From an uncultured Phycisphaerales bacterium (lineage in GTDB: Bacteria > Planctomycetota > Phycisphaerae > Tepidisphaerales > Tepidisphaeraceae): a stretch of DNA of 64,000 nucleotides. The stretch covers positions 128,001-192,000 of the forward strand of contig CAVWLP010000002.1 in NCBI GenBank assembly GCA_963755915.1, given 5' to 3'. This document shows, in pieces, positions 43,301 to 53,501 of the stretch. The notes below the pieces were generated by a model, which was given only the letters and a program-made list of their open reading frames with translations, was not told the origin of the DNA and ran no database searches. How positions within the stretch are numbered: position 1 is the stretch's first letter; each line of letters begins with the position of its first letter. The translations under genes were made by a program, and so were the position numbers.

Positions 43301-44204
43301 CGTCGGTGACTCTGCCGGAAAGGACGCCGGACTGCGCCGCCGGCGATGGTTGCTGCCAGACGGGTGGGATCGCTGTGGCGGGTTGATTGGCGTTCACGGT
43401 GAAAGCCGATGGCGCGGAAGCCGGGACAGAGGCTTGGGGCGGAAATTGAGCGACCGGCGAACCTGGGGCGGAAATTTGATCCCAGGCAAACCATGAGGCC
43501 AACCCCAGCAGCACGAGAATCGCTGCGGCAATGAGAATCGCGGCAAGGGGCATGGCCGAGGTTCCGGCGACGCCGGTGAGACCGATTTTCATGAGATTTG
43601 ACGTCAGGCCCTTCTCGACGGCGGCGCTGGCATGCTCGGCGTGCAGATTTTCCGCCAGAGCGGCCGCGCCCGCCGCCGCGGCGGCGCACCCCATCGAGCC
43701 CAAGTGCCGGCGAAGCGATTCAATCGCCTTCTGGAGGCGATGGGTAATGGTTGAAGGCGTCACGCCGGCCCTGGCGGCAATATCAATCTGCGGCGTGCCG
43801 ACAAAGAATCGCTCGATGATGAGTTCTCTGTCCGCCGCCGGGAGCTTCGCGAGCGCATCGTCGAGATGCTCACGCAGATCGGCGAGCTGGCGCTGGGGAT
43901 CATCCCGCACTGCCGGCGATGCCGCCGCCGACTCATACTCAGCCCGAGCCCGGCGCCGGCGATTGATGTCAATCGACACGTTCACGGCGCAGCGGTGCAG
44001 CCAGGCGCCTAGGTTGCTGTGCAGGTGAGACGCCTTGCGGGCCAGGCGAAGAAACGTCTCCTGGACCGCGTCATCGACGTCGGCCGGATTGGCCAGCTTC
44101 CGGCGGCAGGTTGCCAGGACGAGGGATTGATATTCGTGGACGATCTCGGCGAAGGCCTCGGCGTCCCTGGTTTTGGCGTAGCGATCGAGCGGGGCTGAAA
44201 GCAT
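40314..44204 (-). CDS. ECF sigma factor fused to a TM segment and carboxypeptidase-regulatory-like beta-sandwich repeats
   Basis: DDAVQETFLRL, LGAWLHR, region 4, TM helix, repeated GxVTDxxGNPVxGA. Confidence 0.88.
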   Translation of the reverse strand: MLSAPLDRYAKTRDAEAFAEIVHEYQSLVLATCRRKLANPADVDDAVQETFLRLARKASHLHSNLGAWLHRCAVNVSIDINRRRRARAEYESAAASPAVRDDPQRQLADLREHLDDALAKLPAADRELIIERFFVGTPQIDIAARAGVTPSTITHRLQKAIESLRRHLGSMGCAAAAAGAAALAENLHAEHASAAVEKGLTSNLMKIGLTGVAGTSAMPLAAILIAAAILVLLGLASWFAWDQISAPGSPVAQFPPQASVPASAPSAFTVNANQPATAIPPVWQQPSPAAQSGVLSGRVTDAAGNPVPGAQVQIVGGGAPTTTDSQGYYNFRALRRGRSGTYQLSVLARGFVSLGDSNNTPTIQLSPTSRARRDFVLQKGQQIKVLVTDSQGKRLAPEDIAVLPFGQLLGTRVRPDPQDRSDHSGTSSYTLPLNQGQFVVFASLESFAPARQVITPASADKPLDVTLIMQPGLSIKGVAICSDHKPAAGYTISAQPDWWTGNGILSRTQIDAAGNFTLTGLAPGENVLYVWGESSGRQIGTLQMPPTTQPITLNVPMPSLGSLVTVSGKIQLSGGRLSRDMLSVDFTSLENQERYSAWAQNIPRSHTEMQYSLKLPPGAYQLSIDAEDITPFQIDRVQVPGNLPLITLQIINQPRLTGTVTDPTGNPVTNFAVRVRKFETLGDGLNYSQDPQWTQVDDPGGKFSVECVGPGIYSLQISTRDYAWQWTPKVRLEENQRVRDIPIRLTPGGSLAGIVTDSSGNPVTGAKVIPLSMAVSTDFPMQENFEGETGAVVTDATGHFLLPHLQPGTETLKIVHTDFSPLIVPGFALAEGKQTDAGTISLHAGGTVEGTVYDDKGQPVPHASLLIQDSDDQITFMDARVKAHRVLAVTADEQGRYRAPHLPTKCLWVNLAGGQDLQGVAFRVVRPVDGRTARLDFGGPVPTIRGRLVKDGNPFAYQNLLLTTQSFYGTPFEAKCASDANGFFNFFGAPPGPYHLFFLSGSRRDWVPIHRIDLTAQPQDLGAIDCDQGDVVLRLTFDDPALASSRRTVVVSTPWPNGLLWARMLDFDNEGDHLRATGVPAQNLIISAAFFDDGNLLFTSPFQRIAGTAETSLTMRIPKSSATLRLIDTSAPSGKEPFPIRFDLQSEDGSTHCEMGLWDSATDKIPLPPGRYYFSYPMGSLVPIPGLPHFTMTAGQTTEIRTDFSPAHFRHVNVAVWSSTGTPITSPPPQVFDGNNQLPPCDVPRIGTLFFLRPGNYRLAMPLSGGSSFSQQITVPPLSPGQGPWTEVPIDVVLPQ

Positions 44205-44428
44205 GATGAACCTGCCTTTTCATCATTCTTAGACGCATGAGCGGGCCGCGATTTCAAAACCTTTTTTCGCGATTTTTTGGGGCAGCGGATCAATTGGCGG
44301 GAGACTATTTTAGCGTGAGAACGGGGGATTTCGTAAAGGGTGTCGCGGGTTCGGTTGTGGCGGAGAGTCCCAACCTCCCGCCAACTCTGCATTTCTTGTG
44401 TTATGATTGGTGTTGAGCATTAGCATCG

Positions 44429-44867
44429 GTGGCACGCCCAGAGATTCCACAGTTTCGGCCCGACGGATATTTGCCCGAGGGGCTTTATGGGGCTTCGGAG
44501 GCAGAAATCATCTTTCGGCTCGGCACTTCCAGTCGCCGGCGCAAGCGGCTGGTTTTCAGGCTTCGCCGGTGGATAGAATTGGCGAGGCAGGTGGGCGCTC
44601 GTCGGCTGTTGTTGGACGGCAGTTTTGTCACCGGCAAAGCGCAGCCACGATATTGATGCAGTAGTGTTGCTTCCGCCTGACTTCCAGCGGCAGGTGGATC
44701 GCGGAATTAGTGCGGCTTTGGAGTTGGAAGAGATGCTTTTGACGCGCCGGCCGGAGGAAGTGTTCGCCGCGGAAGACGAAAGCGACTGGACCCAGTGGGT
44801 GGATTTTTTCAGTCGCACGCGCGAAGTGGACGGTCGCCGCAAGGATCTAGTGGAGGTTCAATTATGA
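44429..44867 (+). CDS. Minimal nucleotidyltransferase-like protein (DUF6932-like), frameshifted near 44645
   Basis: IPQFRPDGYLPEG, LDGSFVT...P.DID. Confidence 0.75.
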
Positions 44868-45066
44868 TATCCAATCCCAACGAGTATGAGAAAGCTCAGG
44901 AAGAAATCCGCATTCTCCAGAAGCGCTGGAAGCGTTGCAACAAACCAACCCAATCGGTTCCAAGGGGTTCACAAAAGCGGGAATTCGCAAAATGATCGCG
45001 CGCTTGCACGAGGAACTGGCCGTCTACGAAGGGGGCGAGGCTGCCAAAGAGCCGGCGTCGAATTAG
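44864..45066 (+). CDS. Small helical partner protein (putative antitoxin), frameshifted
   Basis: ATGA overlap; MISNPNEYEKAQEEI...GIRKMIARLHEELAVYE. Confidence 0.6.
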
Positions 45067-45101
45067 CTGGTTGCGTCCGAATTTAGGACGAAGATCATCT
45101 A

Positions 45102-45702
45102 TTAAGGATTTTCCGGCAACCACGCAGAGTGCTTGAAAGTCTGATCGGGCAGCTCTTCCGGCAAATTAAAGCCGCGCCCGCCCATTTTTGATATCCACCC
45201 TTGCATGTCAGCAGCTTCTCTAAAGGAGACGTGAATCGCGTCATGGTGGTCCGTCGTCAGAATCTGCTTTGCGTGATCCGGCACCACCACCACATCGTCG
45301 CCCATCGAACATCCAAATACGGTGGTGCAAAAAAGGAGCGTGAGCAGTCGGTCTATTTCGCCCCGGTCAAATCGCAATACGTCCCCCGTTCCCAGCGCCA
45401 AGCCCAAACCGCGGAGAATGCACTTCTTCCACAAGATCGTTCACATGATGTTTCGGACCGGTTGTCGTGTCCGGCCATTTGCCTAAGTGGCGCCAGACGT
45501 AACAGCTGTTCCAATTCTCCATGAACTCAAGCAGTGATGAAAGAAAATAGGGCCGCAAATGCGGCTGGGGCGGGACGCACCAGAATCGCCTTTCCGAATT
45601 CGTCCTGAAAACGAGCGATTTTGCCTTGGGATATCGAGGGTCCAATTCCATTCCGTTGGCCGAGGCCCATCGAAGGAATTCGATTTCGGCGATCCTTTCC
45701 AT
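45102..45702 (-). CDS. Hypothetical protein, frameshifted near 45430
   Basis: Two overlapping ORFs join into about 200 aa. Confidence 0.55.
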
Positions 45703-45764
45703 AGTGAAACGGTATAACAGATTATTCAAGCGTATCCCACGTTCGGATCTTGCCGACAAGTTAT

Positions 45765-47053
45765 TCACCCCACCGCCAACTGCGCGTCCCCAGTCGTTTC
45801 GACCATCCACCAGAGAATCATCAGCGGCGCCATCCGGCCGACGAGGATGATCGCGTTAAAGGCGAAGTACAATCCTTTTTCATCCGGGACCGCCGAGACG
45901 GTCAGGCCGACGTTGCTTACGGCACTGACGGCATTGAAGAGAATATTGTCCGCAGGGTCGCCGATGGAGACGTAGGAGAGGAGCAGCACAGCCCCCAGCA
46001 CAGGCCGATATAGGTGGCGAGCCAGACAAAAGCGATGGCGAAGGATCGGCCGGCGGGCTGGCCTTTGAGGAGGCGGCGGGTTCCGCGGGCGAGCTCGGCG
46101 ATGGTGGTGGTTTTGAGGCCGCTGCCGGTGCCAGCGGAATTGGCGCCGACAGCCATCAGGGCGACGAGAAACCACCGCGCGGGGGCGGTGGTGGCGCTGA
46201 GGTCGGCGATGGGCATCCCGCCGGTGCGCGATTCGATCGCCAGGACGGAAGCGGTGGGAAGCTGGTTTTGGAGATTGGTCCAGTTCGTCCATCCGCGGCC
46301 GGCGCTGCTGAGGAGGACGATGGCGATCAGGCCGATGACGTAGAGCCAGCCGGTGGCTGACATGACGGTTTTGGAATGCTCGGACAGGGGCTCGCGAAAG
46401 ACGAGGGCGCACCAGAATTCCATCAGGACGGGCAGGCCGAGGCCGCCTAGGACGGTCAGCGGAAGAATGACGGCGTGGGCCAGGACGTTGGAAACGCCGG
46501 GGAGGGCGCCGAGATATAGCCCGCAGTTTCCGAAGGCGCTGGCGGCGAGAAACGCGGCCTGGAAGGGGGAGCGGTCGGAATCCCAGAGGAGCGATGCACC
46601 CACCAGCACGGCGACGGTTTCGACGATGAAAGCGGACGAGATGAGCTCGCGATCGGTGAACTTGAGGCGGGCGATGCGGATGACGGCGAGGCCGCCGGCG
46701 ATCATGGTGAAGAGGCTGCCGGAGATGATCAAGATGAAGGTGGTCCACTGGCCGACATTGTTGAGGGCGCTGGAGACACCGGGGCTGCCATTGAAGCCGG
46801 TGAGGGTGGCGGCGTTCATGGCGATGAACATGGCGCGGACGGGGTTGGTGGTTCCGCCGGCGGCGCCGAATTTCCAGATGATGAAGACGCCGACGAGGAT
46901 CAGCCCCAGGAAAATTGGGAAGAGCCAGTTGGAGAGATCTCGCCCAAATCCACCGCCGAGCGGCGGGGCAAGGGGCGCCTGGGCCGGCAGGGGCGATTGC
47001 GGCTTTTCCGCAAGTTGCGCCGGGTTGGATTTGGCGGAGTTCTTGCTGGGCAA
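45765..47053 (-). CDS. TrkH/KtrB-type K+ transporter membrane subunit, frameshifted near 45990
   Basis: Four pore-loop motifs: ATLTGF, FGNCGL, SRTGGM, VSNVGL. Confidence 0.85.
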
Positions 47054-47073
47054 GTGGGCTATTTCCTTGGGGG

Positions 47074-47463
47074 CTATTTCCCGTAGACCTTCTCAGGCTC
47101 GAAGAGTTTCTGGCCCACGACGTTCCATGTGTTGCCGTCCTTGTCGAATTCGCGGAAGAAGCAGGAGTAGTATCCTTCGTGGCAGGCGGCGCCTTCCTGC
47201 TCGACCTTCACGAGCAGGACGTCGGAATCGCAATCCCTGGCGATGGATTTGACGCGCTGAATATGTCCGCTGGTTTCGCCCTTGAGCCAGAGCTTGTTTC
47301 GGCTGCGGCTGAAAAAGTGGGTCTTGCCGGTTTGCACGGTTTTGACGAGGGCATCGCGATTCATCCAAGCCATCATGAGAACCTGTCCGGTGGCGGCATC
47401 CTGGATGATGGCGGGAATCAGGCCGTTGCCGTCGAACTTGAGATCGGAAAACTGCTTATCCAT
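47074..47463 (-). CDS. hisI: Phosphoribosyl-AMP cyclohydrolase
   Basis: [30 protein letters not shown]. Confidence 0.95.
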   Translation of the reverse strand: MDKQFSDLKFDGNGLIPAIIQDAATGQVLMMAWMNRDALVKTVQTGKTHFFSRSRNKLWLKGETSGHIQRVKSIARDCDSDVLLVKVEQEGAACHEGYYSCFFREFDKDGNTWNVVGQKLFEPEKVYGK

Positions 47464-47594
47464 GGGGATATATGTGCGAGGGTGGGGTGAGTTTGTCAAA
47501 TCGGGGCCTTCGTGGGGACCTGCGCGGTTTCGCCTTGCTTGGCTCCGCCGCGCGCCGTAGCATCGCGGCCCTATTTCTGAACAGGAGTTATCAA

Positions 47595-48779
47595 ATGGCA
47601 AAGAAATCGGTCGCCGATGTGAATGTTAAGGGCAAAACAGTGTTGATGCGGGTTGATTTTAACGTCCCGCTGGATGGGTCGAACATTACGGATGACCGGC
47701 GAATCGTGCAGGCGCTGCCGACGATTAAGGATGTGATCGGGCGCGGCGGGCGGCTGATCCTCATGTCGCACCTGGGGCGGCCCAAGGGCGGGCCGGAGCC
47801 GAAGTATTCCCTGAAGCCGGCGGCGGATCGGCTTTCCAAGCTTCTTTCCAAACCCGTGAAGTGTGCCGCGGACTGCATCGGCCCGGTCGTGGAGCAGCTT
47901 GCGGCTTCGCTTGCGGATGGGGACGTGTTGCTCCTGGAAAATCTACGATTTCACAAGGAAGAGGAAAAGAACGATCCGAATTTCGCGAAGCAGCTCGCGA
48001 AGCTGGGGGAAATTTATGTGAACGACGCCTTTGGCACGGCCCACCGCGAGCACGCGAGCACGTTTGGCGCCGCCCAGGCGATGGCGGGGATGCCGCGCGT
48101 GGTCGGGCAGCTTATTCAGAAGGAGCTGAAATTTCTGGGCGAGGCGATCAGCAATCCGAAGCGGCCGTTCGTCGCCATCCTGGGCGGGGCAAAAGTCTCC
48201 GACAAGATCAACGTCATCGAGCAGCTTCTGGGTAAGGCGGACGTTCTGCTCATCGGCGGGGCGATGGCGTATACGTTTTTCCTGGCGCAGGGGAAGGAAG
48301 TCGGCAAGAGCCTTGTGGAGCGAGATAAGGTGGAGCTGGCCAAGAGCCTGCTCGCCAAGGCCGGAGGCAAGATCAAGCTTCCTGTCGACAATGTGATCTC
48401 CGACAAGATGACGGATGACGCGCAGACGAAGATCGTCGAGGGGAATATTCCGGCCGACATGGAAGGGTTCGACATCGGGCCCAAGACGCGGGAGATTTAC
48501 CAGGCGGAGATCGCGAAGGCGAAGACGATCGTCTGGAACGGGCCGATGGGGGTGTTCGAGAAGAAGCCGTTCGCGGCGGGGACCAAGGCGATTGCACTCG
48601 CCGTCGCTGAAGCGACCAACAAGAACGGCGCCGTGACCGTCATCGGCGGCGGGGACAGCGCGGCGGCGATCGAGCAGCTCGGGCTTTCGGAGAAGGTGAG
48701 CCACGTCAGCACGGGCGGCGGGGCGAGCTTGGAATTTTTGGAGAATGGGCATTTTTCGACGTTGGATATACTCGATTAA
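47595..48779 (+). CDS. pgk: Phosphoglycerate kinase
   Basis: [34 protein letters not shown]. Confidence 0.98.
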   Translation: MAKKSVADVNVKGKTVLMRVDFNVPLDGSNITDDRRIVQALPTIKDVIGRGGRLILMSHLGRPKGGPEPKYSLKPAADRLSKLLSKPVKCAADCIGPVVEQLAASLADGDVLLLENLRFHKEEEKNDPNFAKQLAKLGEIYVNDAFGTAHREHASTFGAAQAMAGMPRVVGQLIQKELKFLGEAISNPKRPFVAILGGAKVSDKINVIEQLLGKADVLLIGGAMAYTFFLAQGKEVGKSLVERDKVELAKSLLAKAGGKIKLPVDNVISDKMTDDAQTKIVEGNIPADMEGFDIGPKTREIYQAEIAKAKTIVWNGPMGVFEKKPFAAGTKAIALAVAEATNKNGAVTVIGGGDSAAAIEQLGLSEKVSHVSTGGGASLEFLENGHFSTLDILD

Positions 48780-48794
48780 GATGAGTTTTATTGC

Positions 48795-49468
48795 ATGACG
48801 TCCACTCCACTGGATTCAACCTCGCCCCAGATCGCCGCGTCGATTCTTTCGGCGGATTTCGCCAAGCTCGGCGCCGAGATCGCCGAAGTCGATCGCGCCG
48901 GCGTGGATTTCCTCCACCTGGACATCCTCGACGGGCATTTCGCACCAATATCAGCTTTGGGCCCGCGGTGACCGCCGCCACGCGGCGATCCACCAATGCG
49001 TTTCTCGACATCCACCTGATGATCACCGACCCGCTGCGCTACGCCCCGGAATTCCTAAAAGCCGGCGGCGATGGGCTGACGTTTCACGTCGAAGTTACCT
49101 CCGATCCCGCCAAGACGGCGCGCGAGCTTCGGCAGATGGGTTGCAGGCACGTGGGGATTACGCTTAACCCGGCGACGCCGCCGGAGAAGATTTTTCCGGC
49201 GCTGGATGAAGTGGATCATGTGCTGATCATGAGCGTTGTTCCCGGATTTTCGGGGCAGAAGTTCATGCCGGAGGTGCTTCCCAAGATCGAGCCGATCAAG
49301 AAGCGGCTGCGGCCGAACCAGCGGCTGGAAATCGACGGGGGAATACACGAGGAGACGATCCGGATCGCGCGGGACGCGGGGATCGACTGGTTTGTGGTCG
49401 CCAGCGCGATCTTCGATCAGAAGGACCGCGCCGCGGCCGTCGCCGGACTGCGGCGGCGGCTTCAATAG
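48795..49468 (+). CDS. rpe: Ribulose-phosphate 3-epimerase, frameshifted near 48945
   Basis: [35 protein letters not shown]. Confidence 0.93.
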
Positions 49469-49538
49469 CCTGCCGGCCGCGCCGCGTAAATGAATCGCGT
49501 CGCTTTACATCGCGCGGCAAGGCGTTTATCACCTATTC

Positions 49539-50130
49539 ATGCCAACCCGTGCGGTGTTGATTGAAGCGGGTCCGACACCGTGGGACCTCGAGCAGCGCCT
49601 GGCTGGAAGCTCCTCCCTGCCGCTGACGGCAGAGGCCTTGGATGCGATTCGCCACCTGGTGGACACGCTGGGATTTCATATCGATTCGGTCTATCGCTCG
49701 GCCGCCAACGAGGCGGCGACGCAGACGGCGCAGATCATTGGGAAGAAGTTCGGCATCCGTCCGCGCGACAATCAGGATCTCGAGGAGGTCAACCTGGGAT
49801 TGTGGGAAGGGCTTTTGCCGGATGACCTTCGCCAGCGGTTCCCGACGGTCTATCCGAAATGGGAGGAGCAGCCGCTGCAAGTGACACCGCCCGATGGCGA
49901 GCCGCTGAGCGGGGCCATTGAGCGTATCCGCGGGGCGGTGAACCGGGTTCTGCGGCGAAACCGCGGCTATAGTTTTGCACTGGCCCTGCGGCCGATGGCT
50001 TTTCAAATCGCCACCGGGGTTTTGCGCGGGAAACGCCCCCGGCCATCGCCGAGCGCTTGCATCGCCGGCAGGCAATGGAGACGATTGAGATCGATCCGGC
50101 GGAATAATCACCCGCGATCGCCGCAAAATT
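49539..50130 (+). CDS. Histidine phosphatase-fold protein, degenerate active site (3' end uncertain)
   Basis: LEEVNLGLWEGL and PPDGEPL present; RHG motif replaced by IEAG. Confidence 0.7.
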
Positions 50131-50970
50131 ATGTCACAAGCGCCAAACGAACCGGTTTCAGCCAAAAAAGACGGGATCCCCGAGGGTCTGTGGATGCGTT
50201 GCCCCGATTGCGGGGCGATGCTCTTCCGAAAAGTCGTCGAGGAAGCGCTGCACGTTTGTCCCGAATGCCAGCATCATTTTCGCATTTCCGCCCGCCAGCG
50301 GATCGAGCAACTGGTCGATCCCGGCAGCTTTGAGGAGATGTTCGACGATATCGAGCCGACCGATTCCCTCAAATTCGTTGACAAGAAGAGCTACAAGGAA
50401 CGGCTTAAATCGGAGCGCGAAAGCTCCGGCGAAAAAGACGCGGTCGTATGCGGGAAGGGATTCATCAAGGGGCGTCCCATCATGCTCGCGGTGATGGACC
50501 CGACGTTCATGATGGGCTCGATGGGCAGCGTTGTGGGGGAGAAGATCACGCTGACGATCGAATCGGCCGTCGCCGAAAAGCTGCCGCTATTGATCGTCAG
50601 TTGCTCGGGTGGGGCGCGGATGCAGGAATCGGCGCTGTCGCTGATGCAGATGGCCAAGACCAGCGCGGCGCTGGGCCGCCTCGACGAAGTCGGCGGGCTT
50701 TTCGTGAGCCTGTTGGCCGACCCGACGACCGGCGGCGTTACCGCCAGCTTTGCCATGCTCGGCGATTTCATCCTCGCCGAGCCCAAGGCGCTGGTCGGCT
50801 TCGCCGGTCCGCGCACCATCAAGAACACCATCAAGGTTGAGCTTCCCTCCGGATTTCAGCGCAGCGAATTTCTTCAGGAAAAGGGGTTCGTCGACTTCGT
50901 GGTACACCGGCGCGACCTGCGCAGCGAAATCGCCCGCATCGTCGATTTCTGCGTGAAGAGCAAGAATTAG
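50131..50970 (+). CDS. accD: Acetyl-CoA carboxylase carboxyltransferase beta subunit
   Basis: LWMRCPDC...CPEC, GSMGSVVGEK, SGGARMQE, PTTGGVTASFA. Confidence 0.97.
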   Translation: MSQAPNEPVSAKKDGIPEGLWMRCPDCGAMLFRKVVEEALHVCPECQHHFRISARQRIEQLVDPGSFEEMFDDIEPTDSLKFVDKKSYKERLKSERESSGEKDAVVCGKGFIKGRPIMLAVMDPTFMMGSMGSVVGEKITLTIESAVAEKLPLLIVSCSGGARMQESALSLMQMAKTSAALGRLDEVGGLFVSLLADPTTGGVTASFAMLGDFILAEPKALVGFAGPRTIKNTIKVELPSGFQRSEFLQEKGFVDFVVHRRDLRSEIARIVDFCVKSKN

Positions 50971-50978
50971 ATCCGGAA

Positions 50979-51776
50979 TTAGATCATGAACTGCGAGGCG
51001 ATCTGGGCGACCGATTTGCCCAGCGCGGCCGCCCCACCCGGCGTGGCGAGTTTGTTGTCGAGCACGAAGACCGTCCCCACCATGCGCTCGAGGCGTCCTT
51101 CGCCGTCGAGGTACATCCGGCCGCGCGTGTTGACCTTCTGAGTCGTTCCGTCGCCGCGGATGATGCGATGGGCAATCTCATAGTCCCGCTCTTTTCCCTC
51201 GCCCCCCACCGCCGCGAGGTGGAAGAACTCGCGGTCCTCCGGATGGACATAGGCGAAAAAGCCCTCGTAAGTGGTGGCGAAATCGGCGTTGGTCCGGCCG
51301 AAGATTTCGGGAAGGTTGTGCGATTTCCAGAACGTGCCGTTGGCGACGTTGGCGTCCCAGCACGCCACCCCGGAGGAATCGAGCGAAAAATGCAGGCGGT
51401 GATCGGTCTCCTTCAGCGATTTTACCGCGCGATTGCGGGCGAAATGGAGATAGGTGATCAGCACACCCAGACAGATGAACAGCACGAGCCGAACGACGTC
51501 GTCAGAGCGGGCGATTCGAAAAGAATCATCCGGCGGTAATAGCCAGGCAACCGACAGCGAAGAGAGCACCAGCGCTACGACCGCCGTGATCCATTTTCCG
51601 CGCCACGCGGCGATGGCAATCGCCGCGAGAAAAAAGGCGAAGCTTCCGTGTCCGCGCAAAGATTTGTCGGCGAGATAAAGTGCTTCGGTGGCGCCCCACG
51701 CCGCCGCCACAACCAAAACTGCCCAGATCAGTTCGAATGTTGCGTTTCGGATGTCTTGACGCATAGGCACAAACAC
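50979..51776 (-). CDS. DUF4118-like membrane sensor + PAS domain protein
   Basis: Four TM helices then a PAS domain (VHPEDR...RIIRGDG); no output domain. Confidence 0.75.
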   Translation of the reverse strand: MFVPMRQDIRNATFELIWAVLVVAAAWGATEALYLADKSLRGHGSFAFFLAAIAIAAWRGKWITAVVALVLSSLSVAWLLPPDDSFRIARSDDVVRLVLFICLGVLITYLHFARNRAVKSLKETDHRLHFSLDSSGVACWDANVANGTFWKSHNLPEIFGRTNADFATTYEGFFAYVHPEDREFFHLAAVGGEGKERDYEIAHRIIRGDGTTQKVNTRGRMYLDGEGRLERMVGTVFVLDNKLATPGGAAALGKSVAQIASQFMI

Positions 51777-51885
51777 AAATTAAGCGTCCCGACCCCCTGA
51801 ACGTACTAAGATCGGCAATATTTCGCGTGAATTAACGCCCGATTCATTGAGCGCGATTCTAGACATGCTAAATCATCATTGCAAC

Positions 51886-53412
51886 TTAATCTCGCAAAAC
51901 GCGGTGCTTCACAATTCTTGCGTCGGGTCCGGCGACGACTTGGTCCGGCGGAACATCTTTAATAACCGTCGCCCGCGCACCAACAACCGCTCTATCGCCA
52001 ACAGTTACGCCCGGTCCCACGAAGGCATCCGCCGCTATCCACACTTCTTCGCCAATCACGATGGGCGGCTTAAGAAGCGGAAATTTTCGCGTGGTGTAGT
52101 CGTGAGTTCCCGCGCAAAGGTGCGCGTATTGGCTGATCGTCGCGGCGCGGCCAACCTTAATTTTACCTAAAGAATAAATAATCGCGTAATCACCGATGAC
52201 GACGTTGTCGCCGAGCTCAATGTTCCAGGGAATTTCGACCATGGCCGTGGGGCGGATGCGCACACCCTTGCCGAGGCGTGCTCCGAAAAGCTCGAGCAGA
52301 AGCCGCCGCCAGCCATACCAGTTGTGAAACGAGGGGCGAAACAGCGATGCCCGCACGACCATCCATAAGGCGCGCTTGACGTTTTCCATAGGATCCCATG
52401 GGCTTGAATGTTGTTTGGTTCGCGCTGGAGCCGGTTGAATCGGCGGCGCAGGGACAAGCGGCGCGAGCGGCGCCGAAGGCTTCCCGACGGGTGGGGCAAT
52501 CATCTTCGTCTCAATCCGTGAAATCGCCCCGCCCCCTTCGTTCACCGCCAAACCACTGAACCCGGTCAACTCCTGGCCGCCGGTCCTGACCAATTCATTA
52601 TATTTCGCGCGGATAAAGAGGTGATAGGTGCTGATGAGCAGGCAGAGGTTCAGCCCCGCGCGACGGTCCAGAATACCGCCGCGGATGAAATACATCCAGA
52701 CGAAGGTGAAGAACCACGGCAGCGCCAGCTTGGGGAGAATGGAGTATTTCATATACCGCCGCCGCGCCACCCGGTCGTTGAAGAATCGCCACAGCCCGGG
52801 CCAGCGTTCGTTGTGGCGGTAAATCTCCATCGCCTCCAGCGTGGAGTAGCGATTGTGCTTGGCGATGAAATGCTCCAGACCGCGGCGGTCCTCGTGGCGC
52901 ATTAGATAGCGCAGGTGGCTCGTCGATCCCTGGACGATCATGTGCTCGTGGACGTTGCGATCTTCGTATCGAGCCAGCCCGCGCTTGAAGAGGCGAATGT
53001 TCCACGCCGGGAAATAGTTGCAGTGGCGAATCTCGCGCCCCATGAAGATGGTCACGCGATTCAAATAGAACGCCGACTGGGGCACGTTCTGCACCGGGCG
53101 GGCAATGATGTTCACAATCTCGTGCCGCAGTTCGGGGGTCAGCGATTCATCCGCGTCGAGGATCAAAATCCAGGGGGACTCGAACGGCAGGTTGTCCAGG
53201 GCCCAATTTTTCTGCCGGGCATACCCTTCCCAGGCCTTTTGGACGACAACCGCGCCAAATTCACCGGCGATTTGAACGGTGCGGTCGGTCGAGCCGCTGT
53301 CCACGACGAAAATGCGATTCGCCAGCCCCTGCACGCTTTGCAGCGTGTGCGGCAGGTTGATCTCCTCGTTATGGGTCTGAATCAGAACGTCCAGCATAGG
53401 GTTGGCGCCCAA
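51886..53412 (-). CDS. GT2 glycosyltransferase fused to a WcaF-like acetyltransferase
   Basis: DSGSTD, QKNWAL, LDADE; Pro-rich linker; WRRLLLELFGA, HLCAGTHDY, hexapeptide repeats. Confidence 0.88.
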   Translation of the reverse strand: MGANPMLDVLIQTHNEEINLPHTLQSVQGLANRIFVVDSGSTDRTVQIAGEFGAVVVQKAWEGYARQKNWALDNLPFESPWILILDADESLTPELRHEIVNIIARPVQNVPQSAFYLNRVTIFMGREIRHCNYFPAWNIRLFKRGLARYEDRNVHEHMIVQGSTSHLRYLMRHEDRRGLEHFIAKHNRYSTLEAMEIYRHNERWPGLWRFFNDRVARRRYMKYSILPKLALPWFFTFVWMYFIRGGILDRRAGLNLCLLISTYHLFIRAKYNELVRTGGQELTGFSGLAVNEGGGAISRIETKMIAPPVGKPSAPLAPLVPAPPIQPAPARTKQHSSPWDPMENVKRALWMVVRASLFRPSFHNWYGWRRLLLELFGARLGKGVRIRPTAMVEIPWNIELGDNVVIGDYAIIYSLGKIKVGRAATISQYAHLCAGTHDYTTRKFPLLKPPIVIGEEVWIAADAFVGPGVTVGDRAVVGARATVIKDVPPDQVVAGPDARIVKHRVLRD

Positions 53413-53501
53413 TAGCTCTTATATATCGGAAGTCTAGCCGATGGTCATTTGCGGCGAGTTCGCTTTACAAACCGGGGTGCGGAAATGAGAACATACCACG
53501 C

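Noticed and set aside
40314-44204. 1296-aa sigma factor fusion as novel
   Set aside because: ECF sigma factors with TM and long C-terminal extensions are an established planctomycete feature
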